Shown here piece by piece: positions 57,401 through 64,000 of a stretch of DNA of 64,000 nt. Below the pieces are notes generated by a model that saw nothing but the letters and a program-made list of their open reading frames with translations, was not told the DNA's origin and searched no databases. The stretch is from NCBI GenBank assembly GCA_030583805.1, contig CP129476.1:373453-437452 (forward strand). The letters are read 5' to 3'. Origin of the DNA: Patescibacteria group bacterium. GTDB taxonomy: Bacteria; Patescibacteriota; Patescibacteriia; SG8-24; DYFX01. A program made the position numbers and the translations under genes. Each line of letters opens with the position of its first letter. Position 1 is the first letter of the stretch.

Positions 57401-57996
57401 ACGTGAGCGTCCTCCTGCGCTGAATGGAAAAACTCGTCGACAAACACGAGTTTGGGCGCGTCGAGCACGCTGTACAAAAAGCGATCCATGACGTCCATGC
57501 GGTAGCGCATTTCCTCTTCGTCAAGGACCGTGAAATTGATTTCGTGCCCGAATTCGATTTCAAACTTGCGCACCAGATCGGACAGCTTCCTGCGATCGAC
57601 GCGGCCGACGACAAAGATGTCCGTCGGCGATTCCTCGCGATCGACGAAGCGGCCCGTGAGCGCGAAGTACGAGATCCGACCGACGGCCTGAAGCCGCTTG
57701 ACCATGTCCTTTTCCAGCAGGGCGCGCGATTTCACGAACAGGGCGCGAAGCTCCGGGATCAAGATCGAGTTCTGCTTGAGGCGATAGTGCTTCTTCTGCA
57801 CCGCTTTGCCGTCAGCGACATCGACGGGCTCGACCAGGTTCAAGGCCTCAAGATTCTTCAGTTCGTGGCGCACGGCGTTGATCTGCACGTCGAGGCGGCG
57901 GGTCAGCTCGCGAACGAAAAAAGCCGTCTCCGGATTCTGCAGGAATGTGCGGAGAAGCTGCGTTCTCGTCTTTGAACCAAAGAGTTGTTCAAGCAT
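57397..57996 (-). CDS. winged-helix transcriptional regulator
   Basis: N-terminal helix-turn-helix-like region (TRTQLLRTFLQNPETAFFVRELTRRLDVQINAVRHELKNLE); ATG at MLEQLF. Confidence 0.5.
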   Translation of the reverse strand: MLEQLFGSKTRTQLLRTFLQNPETAFFVRELTRRLDVQINAVRHELKNLEALNLVEPVDVADGKAVQKKHYRLKQNSILIPELRALFVKSRALLEKDMVKRLQAVGRISYFALTGRFVDREESPTDIFVVGRVDRRKLSDLVRKFEIEFGHEINFTVLDEEEMRYRMDVMDRFLYSVLDAPKLVFVDEFFHSAQEDAHV

Positions 57997-58010
57997 AGTT
58001 GGCCGCCGAA

Positions 58011-58018
58011 CAGGGGGT
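58011..58018. promoter_or_regulatory. palindromic TGTATACA/TGTATACT element in divergent 52-nt intergenic region (shared -10 / possible operator)
   Basis: GTATAC core reads as TATAC -10 on both strands. Confidence 0.35.
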
Positions 58019-58048
58019 ATTGTATACTGCCCATGAAGACAGGTCAAA

Positions 58049-60133
58049 ATGGCGCCTATTAGCATCGGTGAAATCCACGTCCCAGGCAGCTCGGGTCCCG
58101 GCGCAGCACGCTGCCTGACACTTACCTCGCCGCTTCAGCAAGAAGGCGGTTTGGAGCTTTTTTTTGCCATCCTGGCGGCCGACGCCCCGAAGCGCGTGGT
58201 TGAAAAAATAAGCGAACGGCTGGGCGAAGAACTGCGCGCGGTCTTTTTCCAGAAAGGCGATCCGGAGGCGCGCTTTGAAGCCGCCTTGAAGCAGGCCAAC
58301 AAGTGCATCCTGGCCTTCCTGTACGAGCACGGCCTTTCTTTGCCCGGCATCAAGCTGCGGGGAGCCGTCGCCGCGCTCTCCGGCGGCAACCTGTTCGTCT
58401 CCTCGCGCGGCATGATGCGCGGCCTCTTGTACGTTCCGCAATCGGAAGGCCTCACGCCCTACACGCTTTTTGAAGAAGTGCCGGAGAAAAACAGCGAGCC
58501 GAAATTTTTTACGTCGCTTCAAGCCGGCGCGTTTCCGGACGGCGCGCGTCTTGTCATCGCGACTTCGGAGTTGTTCCAGGCGCTCGACGACGCGTACGTG
58601 CAGGACATTCTCGGACAAGAGGACTATGCGAGAGCTTCGCGCGAAATCAAGACGGCGCTGCGCGCAACGCAGAAACCTGTTTCGATCCTTTCGTTGAGTT
58701 CGCTCCTCACCGCGTCAGCGCTCGCTAAGGCCGCCTCCCCGTCCGCCGCCGCCACAAAAACGAAAGCGTCGGGAGGAAGGCCGCGCGCAACGGCTCCGAT
58801 CGTCGGTCCGGATATCGGGGAAGTGATCGCGCGCGGCGTGCGGGCCGGCTGCTTGCTCGCCGGTCGCGCGCTTGTCGCCGTCGGACGCGCCGCCAGGACG
58901 CTGCTCAAAGCGCTCGTGCTTATCCCGCTACGGATTCCGCGCCTGATCGCGACGCTCATCAACCGAGAACGCCGAGCCCGCTTGATCGCCGAATGCAAAA
59001 GCGCGCCGGATCGCTGCGTGTATGCGGCCGTTGGACGCCTGAACGCGCTGCCGCATCAAAGCCGCTTGCACTTTTTGGCGCTCCTCGGCATCGGCGCCGT
59101 GTTCGTACACGGACTGCTGTTCTCGATTCGCCATGAGGTCCGCGCGCAAACCGTTAAAGCATATGAAGCGCAGTTGGCGGAGCTGCAACAGCTGGAAGCC
59201 GATTTCGCCGCAGGCATGATTTACGACAACGAAGCCCGCTCGCGCGAGCTCGTCGCGCGCATGGAAACGGTCTTGAACGCCCTGCCCGAACTGACGGAAT
59301 CGCAGAAAAAGACGAAGGTGGACGCCAGCGCTTCCGTGCATGCGGCGCGTGAAAAAATGCGCAAGGTTGTCGCCGCCAATCCGACCACGTTCGCATCTGC
59401 CGAAGCCGCGGACGGCTTTTCGACCCTGGCGTGGTTTGGCGGGAAACTCTATGTCTTTTCAAACCTGTCGGGACGCGTCCAAGTCTTCTCCGATGAAGGA
59501 TCGGCGGCGGCGGACCCGACGATCAAGGCGCTCGCGCTCGGCGTCTCAAGCGTTGCGCCTGCCCGCACCGGCTTCTTGCTCCAAGGCGTAAACGGCGCGC
59601 TCGTCTATTGGAATCCTGACACCGGGGAAGAATCCGTCTTTGAAACCGAAGACGTCAAAGGCCAGCCGATCCTGTTTTACCAGGGCCGTCTCTATGCCGC
59701 AGCCCAGGACGGCACCGTGACGCGCCGTTCGGTCGCCACCAAAACGCTCGGCTCCCCCGCCGACGTTCTTCGCGGCGCACCCGCTTCGCCGACAAGTCTC
59801 GCGACCGACGGCGCGGTCTACCTGCTTTATAAGGACGGTACGACGCGCAAATACCTGAAAGGCGCCGTCGTCCAGGATTACGCCCCTTCCGTCATCGACC
59901 CCGCCCCGTCCAACGCTTCGCATCTCTGGGCATCCGCCGATTCCGACAAGTTGGTTTTTATCGATCAAGACAGCAGTCGCGCGTTCACGGTCGACCGCAC
60001 GACCGGACGCTTGCTCGCGCAAATGACGGCACCTGAATTCCGCGACCTCCGCGCCGCCACCGTCGACGATGGCGGCCGCGCGCTCTATCTCCTGACCGCG
60101 TCAGGAACGATTTACAAAGTGCCTCTCAAATAG
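58049..60133 (+). CDS. bitopic protein: cytoplasmic N-domain, one TM, C-terminal beta-propeller-like repeat domain
   Basis: TM LHFLALLGIGAVFVHGLLF; six repeats of G(K/R/A)LY... strands. Confidence 0.5.
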   Translation: MAPISIGEIHVPGSSGPGAARCLTLTSPLQQEGGLELFFAILAADAPKRVVEKISERLGEELRAVFFQKGDPEARFEAALKQANKCILAFLYEHGLSLPGIKLRGAVAALSGGNLFVSSRGMMRGLLYVPQSEGLTPYTLFEEVPEKNSEPKFFTSLQAGAFPDGARLVIATSELFQALDDAYVQDILGQEDYARASREIKTALRATQKPVSILSLSSLLTASALAKAASPSAAATKTKASGGRPRATAPIVGPDIGEVIARGVRAGCLLAGRALVAVGRAARTLLKALVLIPLRIPRLIATLINRERRARLIAECKSAPDRCVYAAVGRLNALPHQSRLHFLALLGIGAVFVHGLLFSIRHEVRAQTVKAYEAQLAELQQLEADFAAGMIYDNEARSRELVARMETVLNALPELTESQKKTKVDASASVHAAREKMRKVVAANPTTFASAEAADGFSTLAWFGGKLYVFSNLSGRVQVFSDEGSAAADPTIKALALGVSSVAPARTGFLLQGVNGALVYWNPDTGEESVFETEDVKGQPILFYQGRLYAAAQDGTVTRRSVATKTLGSPADVLRGAPASPTSLATDGAVYLLYKDGTTRKYLKGAVVQDYAPSVIDPAPSNASHLWASADSDKLVFIDQDSSRAFTVDRTTGRLLAQMTAPEFRDLRAATVDDGGRALYLLTASGTIYKVPLK

Positions 60134-60139
60134 AAAACC

Positions 60140-60796
60140 TCATCGAGAAGCGACGAGGCGGTGCCAAGCTTCCGCAAGCGCGGTTGCTCCGGCCAGGTTC
60201 GGTTCGATGTACGACGTGAGCCACGGCTCCGACGACCACTGACTGTGCCCCTTGAAGAGGTGGTGCGCATCGCAAAGGATGATGGACCGGTCTCCGCAGA
60301 GCATCGTCGTGGACCGCATGCGCACGTCGTCATTGTAGGCTTCGAGCCCCGCACGGGCTCCGGCCGGCAAGCCGATCTCCACGAGACGCGCGTCATCGCC
60401 GTCGGTCGGGTCATAGACCGTATTGACGACGATCTTCCCCTTGGGCGCGGAGAGACGCATGAGATGCTCCAAGATCCGCTCGAACGTGAGCGCCGCCGTC
60501 GATCCCAGCAGCCGCCAGGCCGCGTTGTCGACGGGAGGCTTCTCCGCCAACGCGGTCTTGAGCAGGTCGTTGCCGCCGATCGTGAGCGTGATGACATCGT
60601 AATACGCCGTCGACCTCCACTCCTCCGGACCTTCGAGCATCTTCAGAACCCCGTCCGTCGTTGCGCCATCCGCCGTCGCGTTGTGAAACGCTGTCGCGCC
60701 GAGCAGTCTGGCGAACTGGCTCGCTGCCCCGCCGCCAACCCTGTTCGTATACTTGTCGATACTCATGGAGTCGCCGAGAGCGAGATAACGGGTCAT
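60140..60796 (-). CDS. SGNH/GDSL hydrolase
   Basis: LALGDSMS (block I Ser), GGND (block III), DAHH (block V); ATG at MTRYLALGDS preceded by GGAAGGAGG RBS. Confidence 0.7.
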   Translation of the reverse strand: MTRYLALGDSMSIDKYTNRVGGGAASQFARLLGATAFHNATADGATTDGVLKMLEGPEEWRSTAYYDVITLTIGGNDLLKTALAEKPPVDNAAWRLLGSTAALTFERILEHLMRLSAPKGKIVVNTVYDPTDGDDARLVEIGLPAGARAGLEAYNDDVRMRSTTMLCGDRSIILCDAHHLFKGHSQWSSEPWLTSYIEPNLAGATALAEAWHRLVASR

Positions 60797-60845
60797 CGCA
60801 TCCTCCTTCCTGCATTTTCCATGACGACGCCTTTTTGTCAAAAGA

Positions 60846-60882
60846 AAAACCTCCCTTACGGGAGGTTTTCCGATGCGGGCGA
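60846..60882 (-). terminator. intrinsic terminator CCTCCC-GTAA-GGGAGG + TTTTTCTTTT after rplL
   Basis: Perfect 6-bp stem, U-run on minus strand (also T-run on plus: bidirectional shape). Confidence 0.6.
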
Positions 60883-60885
60883 AGA

Positions 60886-61287
60886 TTACTTGAGGGTGAC
60901 CTTCGCGCCGGCGGCTTCGAGAGTCGCCTTCATCTTGTCGGCGTCGGCCTTGGCCACGCCTTCCTTCACGACCTTCGGCGCGCCGTCGACGAGATCCTTG
61001 GCCTCCTTGAGACCGAGACCCGTCAATTCGCGAACGGCCTTGATGACGCCGATCTTGTTGTCGCCAGCGCCCGTGAGCTCGACGGTGAAGTCGGTCTGCT
61101 CTTCGGCGGCGGCGCCTCCGGCGGCCGGAGCGGCAGCCATCGCCATCATCGGAGCGGCGGCGGAAACGCCGAACTTCTCTTCGAGGACTTTGACGAGCTC
61201 AGCGAGATCGAGCACGGACAGCTTTTCGATGGACGAGACGAGAGAAGCGAACTTCTCCGGCACGACGACGTTCTTTTCGTCAGACAT
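60886..61287 (-). CDS. rplL: 50S ribosomal protein L7/L12
   Basis: N-terminal dimerisation helix, Ala/Pro hinge, C-terminal [21 protein letters not shown]. Confidence 0.95.
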   Translation of the reverse strand: MSDEKNVVVPEKFASLVSSIEKLSVLDLAELVKVLEEKFGVSAAAPMMAMAAAPAAGGAAAEEQTDFTVELTGAGDNKIGVIKAVRELTGLGLKEAKDLVDGAPKVVKEGVAKADADKMKATLEAAGAKVTLK

Positions 61288-61309
61288 AGTGTTGTTGTGA
61301 ATCGTTTTC

Positions 61310-61840
61310 TTAAGCGGCGGCTTTTTGGTCTTTGACGGCGTTCAGCACGTTGACCAGGCCGCGGAGGTTTCCGGCCAGGACATTGACCAGGCCGTTGACG
61401 GGCGCGTTGATGGAACCGACCAGCTTGGCCAGAAGTTCCTGCTTGCTCGGGAGTTTGGCGAGCGCCTTGATCGCGTTCGCATCGACGAGCTTGCGCTCGA
61501 GGACGCCGGCGACGATCTTGAGCGCTTCGTGGTCTTTGGAGAAATCGGAGACGAGCTTGGCCGGAGCCACTTCGTCTTCGAGACCCGTCACCATGACGAG
61601 CGCGCCTTCGAGCGAGGACGGATCGACGTCTTCATAGCCGGCGTTCTTGAACGCGAGGCGCATGAGCGTCTTCTTGGCGACAATGACGCCGACGTTCTCT
61701 TTCCGCGCTTTGTTGCGGAAATCGGTGGCGTCTTTGACGGTCAAGCCTTTGAAGTCGGCGAAGACGACGGATTTGGTCTGGCTAAGCGCGTCGACCAGTT
61801 CCGCCAATGTCGCTTCTTTCTGTTTGCGGGATTTTGCCAT
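61310..61840 (-). CDS. rplJ: 50S ribosomal protein L10
   Basis: L10 family N-terminus, position directly upstream of rplL. Confidence 0.9.
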   Translation of the reverse strand: MAKSRKQKEATLAELVDALSQTKSVVFADFKGLTVKDATDFRNKARKENVGVIVAKKTLMRLAFKNAGYEDVDPSSLEGALVMVTGLEDEVAPAKLVSDFSKDHEALKIVAGVLERKLVDANAIKALAKLPSKQELLAKLVGSINAPVNGLVNVLAGNLRGLVNVLNAVKDQKAAA

Positions 61841-62030
61841 GTGGCGTGTTGCGTGAATCTTGCGGGTACGACCTTTGAAACAAAATCTGCGTTCCTTGTG
61901 AGACCGCAGACGCGTGGGACGACGGAAAAACCGCCGTCAGCGTTTGCCTCGATAGGAGCGGATCGGCAGATCCGGCTTATGGCCCCCAGCCGGGGGCGAC
62001 CTATGGTCTTTGGTAAACGAGAAGTTGTTA
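61841..62030 (-). ncRNA. candidate ribosomal protein L10 leader (rplJ 5' UTR autoregulatory element)
   Basis: ~190-nt 5' UTR between predicted TSS and rplJ ATG containing strong hairpin GCCCCCGGCTGGGGGC; position matches L10 leader. Confidence 0.4.
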
Positions 62031-62035
62031 TCCGG

Positions 62036-62064
62036 AGAGTACCCGAATCCGGAAAAACCGTCAA
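62036..62064 (-). promoter_or_regulatory. promoter TTGACG-17-TACTCT for rplJ-rplL
   Basis: Exact 17-nt spacer. Confidence 0.45.
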
Positions 62065-62135
62065 GAGAGCCTAAAAACGGCGCTGCCGTCCCGCTGATCC
62101 GTGATCCGCACGATGCGATTTTCCTGAAACAGCAA

Positions 62136-62162
62136 AGAAAAAAGCCCCGTATTCAAGGGGCT
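62136..62162 (-). terminator. intrinsic terminator GCCCC-TTGAATAC-GGGGC + TTTTTTCTTTG
   Basis: Hairpin immediately after stop of lipoprotein gene 62153..62716. Confidence 0.55.
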
Positions 62163-62716
62163 TGAGGGGCTTCGATGCGGAAGGTCTGTGCGAGGCGGCG
62201 TGCCTCGATGATCAGGGTGGGTCCATCGATCTCCGCGCCGTAGACGAGAATCATCGCCCAGTAGGCGGTGCCGTGACCCGAGACGATCCTCACCTGGCAG
62301 AAGGCAATCATATCCTTCTTCGTTCTCGAGTCGACGCCGCGGAAGGCGAAGCTCGCCGCTTCCTCGGAGACGATCTCGGCGTCCCCTACTTGCTCGGGCT
62401 GCGAGAAGAGCACCGGCACGGCAAGAATCATCATGCCGAACTCCGACAGCGCCGCTTTGACGGTCGATCCCGGCTTCGCGTACTTGACCCACACGGCGAC
62501 TCCGCGCTCCTTGCGCGAAGGATCCACGAGAATGACCTGATCCGGCGAGATCGCGTCGGGCAGCACGCGCCAGCCCGGCGCGTCGAAGACCACCCGCAGC
62601 GCTTCAGACCCGACCTGCACGGTGAGCGCCTCCGACGTCACGGGCTTCCCCGAACGCTTCGACGATGAACCGCAGGCCACGAGGGTGAGCAGGAAAACGA
62701 GCGAGAGGACACGCAT
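62153..62716 (-). CDS. small lipoprotein, paralog 1 of 3
   Basis: MRVLSLVFLLTLVACGSS lipobox; ATG at MRVLS. Confidence 0.5.
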   Translation of the reverse strand: MRVLSLVFLLTLVACGSSSKRSGKPVTSEALTVQVGSEALRVVFDAPGWRVLPDAISPDQVILVDPSRKERGVAVWVKYAKPGSTVKAALSEFGMMILAVPVLFSQPEQVGDAEIVSEEAASFAFRGVDSRTKKDMIAFCQVRIVSGHGTAYWAMILVYGAEIDGPTLIIEARRLAQTFRIEAPQAP

Positions 62717-62786
62717 GAAGGACTCCTGGGTTGCGTCTCTCTTGCGTACCATGCCCTCGTTCCTGAGTCAAAAGAAAAACCCGTCA

Positions 62787-63323
62787 TCACTTGACAGGTT
62801 CGAGCTTCAATGTGGCGGCCGCGGCGTCCAGTTCGGCGGCGATGCGCGCCTGGTGCGCGTGCGGGCTGACGCCGATGAAGACCGCCCAAACGCTGCGTCC
62901 GCCCGAGATCGCGCGGTGCACGCGACACTGGAATGCCAGATTGGCTCCCAGACCCGCGACGAAAGCATCACGCTCCGATGGTCTCGTCTTCGCATCCGGC
63001 GGACCGAGGTCTTCGTCCATGTCGCCCATGACGCGCTCGACGCATTGCCAGGCCACATCCGATGCCGGACTGGACTGCGACGATGTATCGATGACGACGG
63101 TGAGGGTGGCGGAACGCTCTTTGTCCAGCAGGGTCAAGCTTTTCGATCCCGGCTTCGGCGGGACGATCCAATCCTTCGAGACATCGAAGGAGAAGCGCCA
63201 TATGCCGCCGAGTCCGAGATCGGCCTGAACCCCGGCGATGCGCGCGGCATCACGGGAACTGGCACGCTGCGCGCCGCCGCAGCCGATGAGAACGAGCAAG
63301 AACGCGAAAGAAAGAACGCGCAT
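62787..63323 (-). CDS. small lipoprotein, paralog 2 of 3
   Basis: MRVLSFAFLLVLIGCGGA lipobox; same signal peptide as paralog 1. Confidence 0.5.
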   Translation of the reverse strand: MRVLSFAFLLVLIGCGGAQRASSRDAARIAGVQADLGLGGIWRFSFDVSKDWIVPPKPGSKSLTLLDKERSATLTVVIDTSSQSSPASDVAWQCVERVMGDMDEDLGPPDAKTRPSERDAFVAGLGANLAFQCRVHRAISGGRSVWAVFIGVSPHAHQARIAAELDAAAATLKLEPVK

Positions 63324-63347
63324 GGTTTCCCCCTTGAAGGTACGGCA

Positions 63348-63376
63348 TGACTATCACGAAACGAGCGGCGTGTCAA
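63348..63376 (-). promoter_or_regulatory. promoter TTGACA-17-TAGTCA for lipoprotein paralog 2
   Basis: 17-nt spacer directly after terminator of paralog 3. Confidence 0.4.
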
Positions 63377-63395
63377 TAAAAGAAAAAGCTCGCTG

Positions 63396-63983
63396 TCACT
63401 GAGCGAGCTCGATGCTGTCCAAGATGCCCGTTACGGCGTCCTCCGTTGCTTCGTAGTCGGGCGCGAGTCCCATCGCCGCCATGAGGAAGAACGCGTCGTT
63501 GCGTCCGGGAATCGGGACGGCGTAGACCTTCCCGCGCACGAGGCCGCCATGCTCCGCCTGCGACTCCATCGTGAAGGCCCATCGGCCATTCCCCACATCC
63601 GCGACTGGCGAAATGTTGATGCTCGGATCCGCGAGGAAGACGTTCCGTTCGCCCTCGAGACGTTGCTCGATCGGTACGCCATCGGGGTTGGCGATCGCGT
63701 ACACGATGAGGCTGAACGAGGTGTCGGTGAGATCGATCTTCAGGTATGGCGAACCGTCCGCCATGCGCTCTTCCGAAACGGTCCACTTGGCGCTCGGCAA
63801 GACGAGCACGCAGCCGAGATTGCCGATCCTGATCCTGACCGGCGTGTCCGGCGGGATCGGAACGAACGCGGGGTCCGCAGCCGGCGCGGTGGGCGCGGGA
63901 GCCGTCGTCTTGGACGGCGCGGTGGCCGAGGAACCGCAGGCCAAGATGCATGCGGATGCGAATACGAACAGCAGCTTCAGCAT
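63396..63983 (-). CDS. small lipoprotein, paralog 3 of 3
   Basis: MLKLLFVFASACILACGSS lipobox; followed by hairpin GCTCGCT-CAGTGAC-AGCGAGC + TTTTTCTTTT. Confidence 0.5.
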   Translation of the reverse strand: MLKLLFVFASACILACGSSATAPSKTTAPAPTAPAADPAFVPIPPDTPVRIRIGNLGCVLVLPSAKWTVSEERMADGSPYLKIDLTDTSFSLIVYAIANPDGVPIEQRLEGERNVFLADPSINISPVADVGNGRWAFTMESQAEHGGLVRGKVYAVPIPGRNDAFFLMAAMGLAPDYEATEDAVTGILDSIELAQ

Positions 63984-64000
63984 CGTCCGACTCCTTGTGG

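Noticed and set aside
58030-58059. Short upstream ORF MKTGQNGAY* immediately after the TGTATACT element
   Set aside because: Only 9 codons and out of frame with the 694-aa ORF. It could be a leaderless uORF, but there is no supporting evidence.
60812-60841. sigma70-type promoter for the SGNH hydrolase (TTGACA present)
   Set aside because: The hexamer 17 nt downstream is AAAATG, a poor -10. The TTGACA here may just be the conserved tail of the terminator cassette, and the gene has a strong GGAAGGAGG RBS instead.
1-64000. CRISPR array or cas genes
   Set aside because: No regularly spaced direct repeats were found in any intergenic region. All recurring hairpins are single-copy terminators with different sequences.

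Overview
High-GC (about 65%) bacterial chromosomal window, densely packed with roughly 63 protein genes, 5 tRNAs and no obvious mobile element or CRISPR array. Nearly all genes are on the minus strand, usually with 1-4 nt overlaps or short gaps. Coordinates for ORF ends come from the supplied ORF track; internal start choices, promoters and terminators were read by eye and may be off by +/-2 nt. Many long ORFs antisense to real genes are GC-driven shadow ORFs and were discarded. Recognisable housekeeping content: a partial dcw block (ftsI-murF) followed by a Ser/Thr kinase, rarA, a class A PBP, mreB, ung, tpiA, glyS (alpha2 type), frr, holB, rpmG, rplJ-rplL with a candidate L10 leader, and tRNA-Pro/Trp/Thr/Tyr/Thr. 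Accessory content: a type IV pilin / pseudopilin cluster with a catalytically eroded GspE/PilB-like ATPase; a two-component system fused into an operon with a glycoside hydrolase, a UgtP-like glycosyltransferase and an Smr protein; two glycosylation loci (a GT2 + GT-C pair, and a DUF4012-PLDc_N-GT2-GT2-membrane GT block); a 2105-aa beta-helical repeat surface protein; three tandem paralogous lipoproteins; and an M23-ung-unknown-Tmk-like operon. The regulatory grammar is strikingly regular: ten promoters of the form TTGAC(A/G)-17 nt-TAnnnT, several placed immediately after a hairpin/T-run terminator, and a second class of extended -10 elements (TGTTATACT and relatives) sitting 4-9 nt upstream of ATGs, implying leaderless mRNAs. 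The gene repertoire (DUF4012, giant repeat proteins, pilins, many small lipoproteins, alpha2 GlyRS) is compatible with Patescibacteria/CPR-like or another deep-branching lineage; I cannot place it from sequence alone.
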